A stretch of 64,000 bases of DNA from Antedon mediterranea (taxonomy: Eukaryota > Animalia > Echinodermata): assembly GCF_964355755.1 (NCBI RefSeq), contig NC_092678.1:15107681-15171680 (forward strand). The letters run 5' to 3'. A program made the position numbers and the translations under genes. The notes under the pieces were generated by a model. That model was given only the letters and a program-made list of their open reading frames with translations, was not told where the DNA came from and searched no databases. The stretch's first letter is position 1, and each line of letters starts with the position of its first letter. This document shows positions 57,601 through 63,466 of this stretch, piece by piece.

Positions 57601-60600
57601 GAAGAATTTTGGGCACGTAAAAGTGAGATGCGCTCTATTTAATGTGATGAGCAATAACGAAAGAGTAAAAAACCCTATATTTTACATTCGTGTGGCCATA
57701 CGATGACGTCATAACATCCGAGGGGTAAAGATTCTGCATGAATTCATATCTACAACATATCTACTTACATATAAAATTTAAAAAATTGGGGGTCGTGGAT
57801 GGTCCTGATGAGCTATAATAGATTCAAAATTGCCATTATTTTGACAATATTTATAACTTTTTCAATTAAAACGCGCACAAATGGTATAAATCAACGTGTT
57901 CGTATGACGTCATTTTAATTTCAAATTATGTCAATCTTTTTTTAAATGACTAGGAAAGGTTGGAAAATCATAATTCAAGAGAAAAAAACATGATTTTCAT
58001 GCTCCGTGCGCACCATACGCGTAAATTTTTTTTTGCGCGCGGGAATTTTTGACATGCTCAAAATGTCATGATCAGCGTAGAAAGTTGATTAGAAATTAAT
58101 TTTGCGCATTTTGAAACTTTAAATGCGCGTGCGCGCGTAACTTCTTGTGAAACGTGCCATTTTTAATCCATAGAAAGTTTGACCTTGATATGACTTAAAT
58201 TTTCACCAAGTGTCAATACAAAATGACTTTTGGTTTATAATCTATGACCAATCATTGAAATTCATAAAATCGCGCGTAACTTACGCTACGCGACCCTAAC
58301 GTCATATAACAAAGTTTCCTGCACATCTACAGCTACAGGTTAATCTTATGACAAAGTTATAAAAAGTTATGTCTACAAATATTTGAGATATAGCTGCAAC
58401 AAAATTCCGGGAAAGAAAGAAGAATAAAGATGAAAAAAAAAAAGATATTTACAATAACAAGGGTTATCCGCAACTTACTAGTTGCGGATAACCAAAAAAT
58501 CAAATTTTGAATAGACCGTTTTGTAGTTAACATAAAGTTATTCACTTCCACCGAAAAAAAATCCGAAAAAAAATATTGATTTCGCTTATAGAAAAATCAA
58601 AATAAGTTTACCATTTTTTCGAACTCATCGGCTCAGAAATTAGGCCGGTAGAGCTAACTCATACATATGCATGATATGTTAATGAGCATCCACACAGCAG
58701 AGATCTGATCTAACAATGGACGATGCACGTTGTATGTACAACAACACCACCAGAGATCGACGCGACTCGACTGTGGGTTTCCCTGGCCTGATCGTATAAA
58801 TATGTAAAGCTGAGCTGTTAATTTGTCGGTAAGTAGGCCTAGACGGTTATTTTAAATATAATAATATATATAACGCAATAATAACAGGAAGGTAAATTAA
58901 TTAACTTAGCCTGGGATTTTTTCCGTTCAGGGCTAGGCCTAGAATAATTAATACATGCTGCTGCATATTACTAGGCTAGTAGCAAGCAGACTGTGACAAT
59001 CGGGTCCCTGCAGAAGATGCCCAGCTAGGCCCTATACATTGTAGGCCTACTCTTCATAGACTGGCCTAGGCTATATGCCATCAATCTTGGGTGTCACGAA
59101 ACCTAAGACCACGAAAGCTAAGACCTCCTAAGACCTAATATCACGAAAGCTAAGACCCAATACCTAAGATTACAAATATTTATCTTTCGCACCTGCCTTG
59201 TATTTTAACTTTTATTCTGAATACCACACCTTAGAATTAGCACTTTATGAAAATAATCACATAAAAAGTAACAAATACATACAGACGTTTTTCTCGCACA
59301 CATACTGTTTGCGAATTTCGCATGACTAGCCCTACACTACAGTAGGCCTACATCATGTTCAATGGTTTTGTTTCTATGGAACGTCAAAAGAGCAAAAATT
59401 ATATAGAGTGCTGAAAACTCTGTGGAGTCCATCTACAGTGTGGATGGGACAATGTAAAATTAAAATTGTAATAATAGTATAATCATGCTAGTACCAAGAA
59501 TTAAATACTCGCAAATAAATTTACATTTAAAATCATGATGATAAGCTTTTTTGTTTCGTTTTCTTTCTGTTTTTATACTTGTACTATTATTGTTGCTCTT
59601 TTGGCGCTTCATAGAAACAAAAACATTGAGCATGAGGAGTCCTATATACAAAGAAACACGTCTGTAAAAACATCAATTTAAAGGATTTATTTATTTGTTT
59701 TTATGTGTTTCTCCTTCTGAAAGTACTTATAAGTACTAATTTTAAAGTGTGATATTCAGAATAAAATCAGTTAACAAATTCGGAGTCAAAATACAAGAAA
59801 GGCAGGTGCGAAAGAAAAACATCCTCTGAACCAACACAATGGAGTAAATATATACCAACAAACAACCAGTCAAGTTTGTTTGTTTGTTGTAAAGAAAAAA
59901 TATACATTTACTCAACGGGCGAAAATAATGTGAGTTTATCTTTGTTTTGCGGTAGTATTTAATTATATTTATGGTAATAAATGAAACCTACTATGTTTAA
60001 AATTATGTATGGATAAACAAGTATTGTTTTTAAGCTGTAGTATATCTTAGAATTTGCAATCTTAGGTCTTGGGTCTTAGCTTTCGTGATCTTAGGTCTTA
60101 GAGGGTCTTAGCTTTCGTGGTCTTAGGTTTCGTGACACCCCATCAATCTTAGCTACATTCCGAAAATACAGCCAACTTGCTGTACCATATATATTTACAG
60201 TTGAAGCTTGTTTAACTAATTTTTATGATAAAAATAAAACAAACATTTTTCAGGGAAAAAAATGGTTGCAATACAACAAGCCTGAAATTGAGAACCTTCC
60301 AGCAGCACTGTACAAGTAGACAGAGGGGAAAAGCCAGCTTAGCCATTTTACAACACAAACAAATGTTCTCTGTACTGTAGTAAGTCAAATATTTATTTTC
60401 TCTTTTTATAAGTTATAACATTATAAGTAATGTGTTTTAATTACCATAGAAAGGTAGTATACTTATTTGACTATGTCAAAGTAAGCAATTTCACTAGCCC
60501 AATTTTGCACTAAATATGCATGATCTATTTTTTCCAGATTTTGATACTTTGCTTTTACTTTTTTAAAGACGTTGAGCTGATGAAGACTGGAACAGAGGTC

Positions 60601-63466
60601 ACCTAAAGACAACAATGATAGACTCGGTATTGGAATATGATTGGATATTGCAGGAAAAATATTTCTGACTCTCCTGCTGCATTCGGCCAATATGTTCTTG
60701 TCCAGCTTGTAAAATATTGTATAATTTTTTTTGTATTATATGTACAGTATATTATTATACAGTACACAGGATAAATTCTTCAAATTTACTTACACTTCAT
60801 AATTTTACTGTAAATATTACAGTGCAAAAGGAGTTAATAATATATATATATATACAGTATATCTTATTGAATTCCTGTATTATTTTTTTTGTCAATTTGT
60901 CTACTAATTATCAATGTGTTGATTGTGGCAGTAATTACGACAGCTATAGTCTTCTAAGATCGCTCACATCCATTACAAAGTGTCATTTTAATAGTAAGAA
61001 ACGTTTCAATAAATTGTGAATGTTGCCATTGTACGATACATTTTATGTTTCTCACTACTTCCTCTTATTGTTCAATCAATCAACCTAAAAAAAAAGAAAT
61101 TTGTGTCAAAATATCTGCATAAAATGTTTATTTGTGGAATGTTAATTTGAACCTATTGCATTTGATACAGAAAATATTTTTAAAATATGGCATCAGTAAA
61201 ACATCCAAAACAATATTTAGATTTTCTTTTTTTTTATTTTCACTGCCGAATAGATAGTTGAAATCTTTAAAAATTAAACCAATTCATCATGATTAAAACA
61301 AAAATACATCCCTTCTGGTGGTGGTCTACTGTAGCCCTAGCTAGCAGTGTACTGCCTAGGCCTAGTACACTCTACTTCTAGAGACAGAAGTAGGCAGCAG
61401 TTAGGCTACTCGAGACTGTCACTGTAAGTGCTAGTAGTAGTAGTAGACTAGTAGTACAGTAGCAGCAAATTCGGGCCTAGGCCTAGCTAGGCCTCTCCTG
61501 TTAGCGAAACAAAAACTCACCTAAATGAATAAGATTCAACATCAAAGTTACCAACTGTAATTCTAACTTAGCATTCTGCTAGCTATAGTTTTCGTGTTTT
61601 CTTCAAGATTCGTCTCGCATCACTACTCGACTCTCTCGCACGCATGCATTGCTATCGTTGTTGGCTGTCGATTTGGAAAGCATCATCATCCACACGATGT
61701 ATCCATACAATATGAATATTTATGAGCTAACTCAGGTCAAGGGTTAAATTAAACCGGAACACATTTGTATTCCAGACAAATAGCTTCCGGTTGGTTAATT
61801 TTTGCATTAAATTGTGATTTTCCCGTGTAAAAAATTATTTTTTTCAATCCGAATTTAGGTCAAAGTGAATAACTTTTATGTGCAATTAAAATGGCCTATT
61901 CAACAAAAATATTGAAAAACAAATTTTTTCAGGGGAACAATACATCTTTAATTTATTTATATCTCCATTGAGATCCAGCCACTGATACAGCATTATCATT
62001 TTATATCTCCATTGAGATCCAGCCACTGATACAGCATTGTTATTTTTACACTAATTTGCCTTTTGATTTATAAACAAAATATAACATTTTTGTACATTTT
62101 AGAGCCGACAATTGTATCTGCAAATCCACCACCAACGCTGCAAACGGATAGGAGAAGAGACTATGGTAGGTAATATTTTTTAATGCTTCTAAAATCTGAT
62201 GAATAATCAGATGAAGATCGGTTTAAGATTATAACTATTTCTTTTAGAATTTATTTTATTAACATTGTCATAGTTATATCTAAAACCAGAAATTAGGCAC
62301 TCCTCTAAGTATAGCAATATATATCCGACACTTTAAACTCATATGAGAAAAGGTTAAATTTAAAAAAAATCGCATTGCTTGTATACAATTATTTCAATTT
62401 CGTTATTACGTTTTTCTTTTCTTGTTTTCATCATTTTCTGCTGTATATTGGACCAGACTACATTGTTTGAGTGCGACAGTTTCAAAGGTGAATGGTCATC
62501 AAATAAATAGTATTAAGTATTAATATATTTTGTAATTTTAGATGCGCCATCTACATCTTCAAATCCACCACGACAACCGCCGCAAGTGGATAGGACAGAC
62601 TATGCATCAGGTACAGTAGGATAGACTTAAATAATATGTTTAATACTTCTAAAATGCAAACATATACCGGTAATCGATCAATAATATGATGTTTATATTT
62701 ATTATTATGTTATTGTTACTATTATAATCAGAAAGAAAGAAAATCCTGGTCCTGGGGGGTTGGACATATTATATTTTGAAATATAAACAAAATATAAATG
62801 TCTCCAGAAAGTTGTATAGGCCTAAACACATTTTGAAGCAAAAATCAAGACTATTCCATCATAGGTCATCTTGAATAAGCAGTTTTGCTTGTTTAACACG
62901 TTTAATATCCACACCAGTTAGCTAAAGGGGGTTGAGATTGTCTAGGTTTGCAACTGATAAGCATTTTCTTTTCATTAACGTTCATTTTATTTATGAAAGA
63001 CCAGTTACAGAACAATTCGGCACCTCATATACAAACCTGTATAGAATAGATTACAGTATATATGTCTTCACATACAGACTTAATTGTACTTTTGCATTTG
63101 CTAGATAACTGTTCAGATACTGTAGTGTCGTCCATATATTTAACAGTGTATTCATCCTTAAGTCATTGATAAAGATGATAAAGAGAACAGGTCCAACCCA
63201 TTTCCCTTGGAGACACCACCCTTCGGACACACCTTTCACATAACAAATTAGTTTAGATTAAATAGCATTTCACAAATAATACTTTTGGTTATTTTTGCAC
63301 TGATGTTAAAGATATTGGTCAGAGGTCGGATTCGATTGACTTGGGGATTGACTTTAGGAATAGTTACTATGTTTCAGCTTTCCATTCGCTATTATTTATA
63401 TTACTATAGTTGCTACTGATGCTGATGTTACTCCAGCTACACCAAATGAACCAACCTCAATGCCAG
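220..63466 (+). CDS. Multi-exon ROCO-family gene, partial at both ends: ankyrin repeats - Roc - COR - ZU5 - UPA-like
   Basis: 32 exons with GT-AG boundaries and matching phases join into about 1,368 open codons. Roc motifs [25 protein letters not shown]; COR IPLKW and YMNDIG; ZU5 [18 protein letters not shown]. Confidence 0.88.
2303..2720 (+). pseudogene. Dead ankyrin type-C-like exon (acceptor AG>AC) interrupted by a SINE; second copy near 5446
   Basis: Upstream intron matches the intron before exon 22203; begins gacggaaat like type-C exons but is preceded by tatac instead of tatag. Confidence 0.55.
2400..2706 (+). mobile_element. tRNA-derived SINE with Deu/Nin-like central domain; second copy about 5541-5851
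   Basis: A-box tggccgagcgg; core ctcggataaagactataaaccgtaggtcc resembles the DeuSINE core as recalled; A-rich tail; aaataga TSD in copy 2. Confidence 0.65.
2838..3144. mobile_element. Kolobok-like MITE (second copy 5984-6290)
   Basis: TIR (a/g)gatgtattg(t)cccc...ggggcaatacatct; TTAA on the right, TTGA on the left. Confidence 0.65.
4018..4122 (+). CDS. Host exon: ankyrin repeat type A (105 nt, phase 0-0) [35 protein letters not shown]
   Basis: ttcacag/gtaatt boundaries; GNTP ankyrin start. Confidence 0.78.
4373..4483 (+). CDS. Host exon: ankyrin type B copy 2 (111 nt)
   Basis: tttag/gtaaag; open; near-identical to 220-330. Confidence 0.8.
7501..8146 (+). repeat. LTR A (lacks the last 5 nt), followed by an internal PPT copy at 8147-8163
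   Basis: Matches LTR C at the diagnostic sites I compared; contains 27-bp repeat cacaccttacagccacctcacggagca x3+. Confidence 0.93.
8164..8814 (+). repeat. LTR B (651 bp), adjacent to the PBS
   Basis: tgtgatataaag...attaca followed by tggtgg; 4 substitutions seen versus LTR A/C. Confidence 0.95.
9537..10502 (+). CDS. gag: Gypsy Gag with CCHC zinc knuckle
   Basis: Retrotransposon-gag-like core (LQGQARLW); [14 protein letters not shown]. Confidence 0.92.
   Translation: MVDVVDNEVILNEPVNPHPVPHLRQTDFLPKRYDGSITDHDQCSAHYLSFTDYLEAHTLENPVNNAQLINVISIFKRSLQGQARLWIEGKQFDSLESLKTQFINRFSKNKSIYAHIREYDSITYTTGDNAEKHLTKIKQAADRIGYADQQIKNKFISTLPPKCRAAVAMSTPIDATIENIVNSTQNYLDLSVDDATREVSFNINKETDRPNSLESLQHEINSLKLDMATTKRSLNDDTRRSRSPTRNYIPRRNRSPSPYKPRFQTPPTPRYRQPPPTCYYCGKPGHIARHCRQQNRSYGNYPPPYPYQQSNNYYPSHQQDF
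10499..11248 (+). CDS. Gypsy aspartic protease, in the -1 frame to gag; cut off from RT by a duplication frameshift
   Basis: LFDSGS active site and DLILG motif; frame open from TTA at 10499. Confidence 0.88.
   Translation, partial: LERGLDAAYNLAPHTKYDNFKAKYLGNSDNIDLLLNDRNYVKGNLPDGRNVLTLFDSGSTRTIISQSYVNSSLYLSRLKPVKVNTTKFRLGNGDFLYANHLVQFELFIQGHKFKISALIVKNLTGIDLILGTETLSELDGTLNFKENTFRIRPKIFSFRPVHKIFLKPGDTKTVKLKGRVPAFVRNSDVVLHATTHISKLCPSDMLVKLHRGETNIDITNNTNRNVSLNTHQPIASLHLTNLVKQQQLN
11332..15429 (+). CDS. pol: Gypsy Pol: RT, RNase H, integrase
   Basis: [25 protein letters not shown]; RH YSDTS, ELELFG, VDH, LADFLSR; IN H-x6-H/CxxC and D-D-E (SLDF, ISDA, VER). Confidence 0.95.
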   Translation: MLVKLHRGETNIDITNNTNRNVSLNTHQPIASLHLTNLVTVTNDLPIDRIKLTNDNANKYPHLERTDPLLTLTEEEIIRKQVDLKDSVLTHREKEDLYITLQQNRNAFSLYGELSSCPNFKADIRLSNDEPFFIRPYFATDKDKHVIEAELNKLVKLGILAVGHQSYTSPVLLVSKKNSKDKRVVTDFRYLNSRIKRINHPFPLLAETLKTIGNANSQILSVIDLKSAFHCVPLAEHAQQYTGIASYHGGKHYYYKRLAQGLNVSPGIFQAKIDEILNEIPNSREFCIAHHDDIILFSQDKFAHKQHLVSVLQALQLNGFRICPKKCKLFKNKVQYMGHTILINSSGHACITPLGDRCAAIRNLPVPRTHKETKRFIGAVNYVSHFFPQIQSILRPLHTLASKRRKFCWSTEHQKAFDEIKQLMVKPPTLQMPRKEGRFTLYSDTSRTATGSYLTQTVNGKEHIIGYYSKILPQACQRYSVTELELFGLYINVSAFRHLLKGCEFDAFVDHSAIVQIWNSKDQPCTPRLQKLILRLSGYIFQIGYKKGTELVLADFLSRAPRDDDSEIDQVVPIAFNITETESLNPITNTFTSRPVTRSYAKKMGINIPDLHKPKPKQTPVINQNPVTPNTRPTPQPTATPQIITRQQTNAHRSPPIITPPIVTPPPIRNVNIRQPPEERLVDKSKQNKDTTHRNVPVELYTSPKPLVPNITEFKSAHIPKQQDLDRLMDVIQRKIIRDYNLPIDVKQLRVEQETSPFFKPVYDYLVHDILPADKKAARAVQNKSEQYILCNGLLFRLFFQDKGGEFVLQLAVPENLAETVISQYHDNLLSSHQGTMRTYLTIRKLFYMPLMFEKVNNYTQACLRCQQFRPKTDKLRPLHDRVPATYRPFHTLSLDFKSMPTSPSGFKHIMVVCDEITRFFICVPLKSIDAETICEALIQKVISIFGPPSRLISDAATSLTGKLLTLLCNTLNIDRKIISVHNHGSLQVERHIRTVSDLLKVNLNQFGTDWVRFVSTTCYAYNSFSSPHLGNHSPYELVFGRQPPSLTSLAFNPISGLSHSYEEYFEHLKKKFQNISQTMLQLQRTQQNVQNSKISQRLEKSPIYSVGQLVYLYKPTSSSLTANSKKIAAEWVGPLVIHEVLDRTHYILATIKGEILRDVFNYNRLKPCFMRTPKERKNFTHLQKLKQLLNEPTDDNNDKIQNTINVVNDETNVEFVDEHDRTPTQLHTDTLTHPTKIEPLNLQPYIDCVENNMGLAAPFQMKEEQIKEQTNLIMTAPNDSNMTLNRGRFKAGHFQVLVSYSKPTSVKRNTDKTKHESNDRKFWWNIDRYNDTDKLIKEIINDKQIPISGSPKRFIKRLYNATSY
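16361..17107 (+). CDS. Additional Gypsy ORF of unknown function in the env position (248 aa)
   Basis: Intact ATG-TAA ORF between pol and the PPT; A/C-rich like gag/pol and unlike the T-rich flanks; upstream CCAAT/TATA-like motifs and a splice acceptor. Confidence 0.7.
   Translation: MESEKLDVTQLCLKHKIQMTPLSTECALIKKIILYQSEQNVILHITKMMPFTLDSLKRVLLFLCDIRPADQLTNLKLNTLLHIGSYLCCFDKMSSPIIDYIWKHKSEPALLDFSTIDLSINLDGIATCIPNTHEFHRQHIYSMTLLLLAITKDIKAPQCTTFFSRVRQQTGIIPQDELKPSEHSPFGYVVTKYKKKLYSHIRNMQYLENKYQDTPAKFVNVTPKLKTFILIVQSTNAAEHCFTKIANK
17689..18339 (+). repeat. LTR C (3' LTR, 651 bp)
   Basis: Preceded by PPT aaaagggaaacagaggga; ends ttaca followed by the atat TSD. Confidence 0.95.
19349..19453 (+). 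CDS. Host exon: ankyrin type A copy (105 nt)
   Basis: ttcacag/gtaatt; open; L>M difference versus 4018. Confidence 0.78.
19706..19816 (+). CDS. Host exon: ankyrin type B copy 3 (111 nt)
   Basis: tttag/gtaaag; open. Confidence 0.8.
20200..20750 (-). mobile_element. tRNA-headed SINE (CORE-like body) interrupted by an inverted-repeat element at about 20369-20680
   Basis: Minus-strand head tggcgcagtggttagagc...gattcaagc; body gtccttgagcaag...aaatgggtaccgg; inner element has about 40-bp imperfect TIRs. Confidence 0.55.
21146..21250 (+). CDS. Host exon: ankyrin type C (105 nt) [35 protein letters not shown]
   Basis: Canonical GNTPLH...EVV.YL...GA; tatag/gtaata. Confidence 0.88.
21415..21519 (+). 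CDS. Host exon: ankyrin type C (105 nt) [35 protein letters not shown]
   Basis: aaag/gtaata; open. Confidence 0.8.
21680..21930 (+). repeat. Minisatellite-like insertion of about 22-24-bp cacggcaa(a)tt units
   Basis: About 10 degenerate cacggc copies, absent from the paralogous introns near 22790 and 23540. Confidence 0.7.
21935..22008 (+). pseudogene. 5'-truncated ankyrin type-C exon with intact donor
   Basis: [24 protein letters not shown]|gtaat; joined to intron sequence at a gttcaaa microhomology. Confidence 0.7.
22203..22307 (+). CDS. Host exon: ankyrin type C (105 nt)
   Basis: taaag/gtaata; [35 protein letters not shown]. Confidence 0.85.
22459..22770 (-). mobile_element. 5'-truncated LINE 3' end (Rex-Babar-like) with (ATCTT)n tail
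   Basis: Minus strand reads HPLH...[14 protein letters not shown]; aagat microsatellite tail; absent from paralogous introns. Confidence 0.65.
23005..23109 (+). CDS. Host exon: ankyrin type C (105 nt)
   Basis: Strong polypyrimidine tract plus tag/gtaata; [35 protein letters not shown]. Confidence 0.88.
24074..24158 (+). CDS. Host exon: terminal ankyrin-like segment [28 protein letters not shown]
   Basis: catag/gtaagt; phase 0-1. Confidence 0.8.
24330..24495 (+). CDS. Host exon: Roc N-terminus and P-loop
   Basis: [16 protein letters not shown]...[19 protein letters not shown]; phase 1-2. Confidence 0.92.
24777..24894. repeat. 118-bp foldback/MITE with a 35-bp perfect inverted repeat
   Basis: attcaagtaaattttcttttggatgatccaaagtc ... 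gactttggatcatccaaaagaaaatttacttgaat. Confidence 0.85.
24917..25008 (+). CDS. Host exon: Roc switch I ([12 protein letters not shown])
   Basis: aatag/gtaaga; phase 2-1; STDGI G2 motif. Confidence 0.9.
25773..27373 (+). pseudogene. THAP-HTH-DDE transposase with a 1-nt frameshift near 27198
   Basis: THAP CIAFGC...W...VCSSHF; IIDATE, MADRGF, HIERAIG; the shifted frame continues FMIFKSTLP...NFQNPIL to TAG at 27373. Confidence 0.9.
27984..29638 (-). pseudogene. SWIM zinc finger plus YqaJ-like (lambda-type) exonuclease, split by a 5-bp duplication near 29205
   Basis: [13 protein letters not shown]; [31 protein letters not shown]. Removing the duplicated actac fuses the two ORFs ([11 protein letters not shown]). 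Confidence 0.9.
29958..30026 (+). CDS. Host exon: Roc insertion [23 protein letters not shown]
   Basis: gcacag/gtaggt; phase 1-1. Confidence 0.7.
32038..32144 (+). CDS. Host exon: Roc G3 motif ([16 protein letters not shown])
   Basis: tcaag/gtatgc; WDxAGQ..YY.TH typical of Roc. Confidence 0.9.
32930..33006 (+). mobile_element. Helentron/HINE-like 3' end fragment
   Basis: (gacc)-type microsatellite followed by gtcgcgttgcacga hairpin and an A-run. Confidence 0.4.
33177..33266 (+). CDS. Host exon: Roc [30 protein letters not shown]
   Basis: ttcag/gtaagc; phase 0-0. Confidence 0.85.
33394..33585 (+). CDS. Host exon: Roc G4 ([11 protein letters not shown])
   Basis: ttcag/gtaata; FWVRSV and THxD motifs. 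Confidence 0.9.
35491..35736 (+). CDS. Host exon: Roc end and COR start (VNN...IPLKWLDF)
   Basis: tgaag/gtaaac; IPxxW COR hallmark. Confidence 0.88.
36618..36654. repeat. (TA)n microsatellite
   Basis: Directly visible. Confidence 0.95.
37622..38458 (+). pseudogene. LINE ORF1 (coiled coil plus RRM-like), two premature stops
   Basis: [12 protein letters not shown]...RAHRVG...PRPLVAYF...YVNDDF in one frame. Confidence 0.8.
38646..41708 (+). pseudogene. LINE ORF2 endonuclease-reverse transcriptase, disrupted
   Basis: ORF pieces 38646-40637, 40789-41037 and 41448-41708 carry consecutive EN, RT and C-terminal motifs. Confidence 0.9.
42269..42463 (+). CDS. Host exon: COR-A ([13 protein letters not shown]...LRNTVITN)
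   Basis: attag/gtaagt; matches the COR pattern L.yLhdlG.i.y...L...Vi. Confidence 0.88.
42620..42772 (+). CDS. Host exon: COR ([16 protein letters not shown]...VMRVFRLL)
   Basis: aatag/gtaagt; phase 0-0. Confidence 0.88.
42859..43158 (+). CDS. Host exon: COR-B (FLVPCRM...[12 protein letters not shown])
   Basis: aacag/gtagga; COR y.vP..L and flP.g.f..L patterns. Confidence 0.88.
43434..43529 (+). CDS. Host exon [32 protein letters not shown]
   Basis: aatag/gtaatc; phase 0-0. Confidence 0.8.
43625..43829 (+). CDS. Host exon: Cys/His-containing end of the COR region
   Basis: ttcag/gtaagt; CDAC...H...C pattern; ends in phase 1. Confidence 0.82.
45744..45773 (+). CDS. Host microexon, 30 nt, phase 1-1 ([10 protein letters not shown])
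   Basis: gttacag/gtatgt. Confidence 0.7.
   Translation, partial: VLLAHQVLI
47210..47520 (-). mobile_element. L1/Tx1-like LINE RT fragment
   Basis: [11 protein letters not shown]...FWNSI motifs across frameshifts. Confidence 0.55.
47663..47692 (+). CDS. Host microexon, 30 nt, phase 1-1 ([10 protein letters not shown])
   Basis: gttacag/gtatgt; paralog of 45744-45773. Confidence 0.7.
48856..49123. repeat. Direct tandem duplication with a 140-bp period
   Basis: tttattaggaaagggttttatgaaa...caataacttga occurs twice. Confidence 0.85.
52156..52701. mobile_element. Kolobok-like element, 546 bp
   Basis: TTAA TSD on both sides; TIR agatgtattgtccct / agggacaatacatct. Confidence 0.85.
53362..53590 (-). 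mobile_element. LINE RT fragment
   Basis: FDRVDH...SFLTSR...[15 protein letters not shown]. Confidence 0.75.
54264..54332 (+). CDS. Host exon, 69 nt, phase 1-1 linker
   Basis: taaag/gtaagc; [23 protein letters not shown]. Confidence 0.72.
54463..54986 (+). CDS. Host exon: ZU5 domain with HFC motif and start of the UPA-like region
   Basis: ccacag/gtaatt; [26 protein letters not shown]...LLSFPH; HLNHFCG. Confidence 0.9.
55882..56013 (+). CDS. Host exon: UPA-like
   Basis: tttcag/gtatga; phase 0-0; ...[13 protein letters not shown]. Confidence 0.8.
56625..56763 (+). CDS. Host exon: UPA-like end (TISASELWK...IELPFV)
   Basis: tttacag/gtaagt; phase 0-1. Confidence 0.8.
57122..57154 (+). CDS. Host microexon, 33 nt, phase 1-1 ([11 protein letters not shown])
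   Basis: tttgcag/gtatgt; needed to avoid a T+AG stop with exon 62103. Confidence 0.7.
57440..58497 (+). mobile_element. Helentron/Helitron2-like non-autonomous insertion; left boundary approximate
   Basis: Ends with aacaag, a perfect 14-bp hairpin ggttatccgcaact-tact-agttgcggataacc, and an A-run. Confidence 0.5.
59089..60140. mobile_element. MULE/MuDR-like MITE with a 10-bp TSD
   Basis: catcaatctt on both sides; TIR gggtgtcacgaaacctaagaccacgaaagctaagacc built from taagacc repeats. Confidence 0.85.
62103..62165 (+). CDS. Host microexon, 63 nt, phase 1-1 ([21 protein letters not shown])
   Basis: ttttag/gtaggt. Confidence 0.7.
62542..62610 (+). CDS. Host microexon, 69 nt, phase 1-1 ([23 protein letters not shown])
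   Basis: ttttag/gtacag; paralog of 62103-62165. Confidence 0.7.
63051..63239 (-). mobile_element. Degenerate LINE RT fragment
   Basis: [15 protein letters not shown] and KYMDDTT in adjacent frames. Confidence 0.6.
63410..63466 (+). CDS. Host microexon, 57 nt, phase 1-1 ([19 protein letters not shown])
   Basis: tatag/gttagt. Confidence 0.68.

Larger units (their letters stand above)
57431..61947. mobile_element. Larger Kolobok-like element with nested insertions
   Basis: ttaa|agatgtat on the left (TIR interrupted, subterminal sequence resumes near 58495); caatacatct|ttaa on the right; subterminal gttattcactt shared with the smaller copies. Confidence 0.55.
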
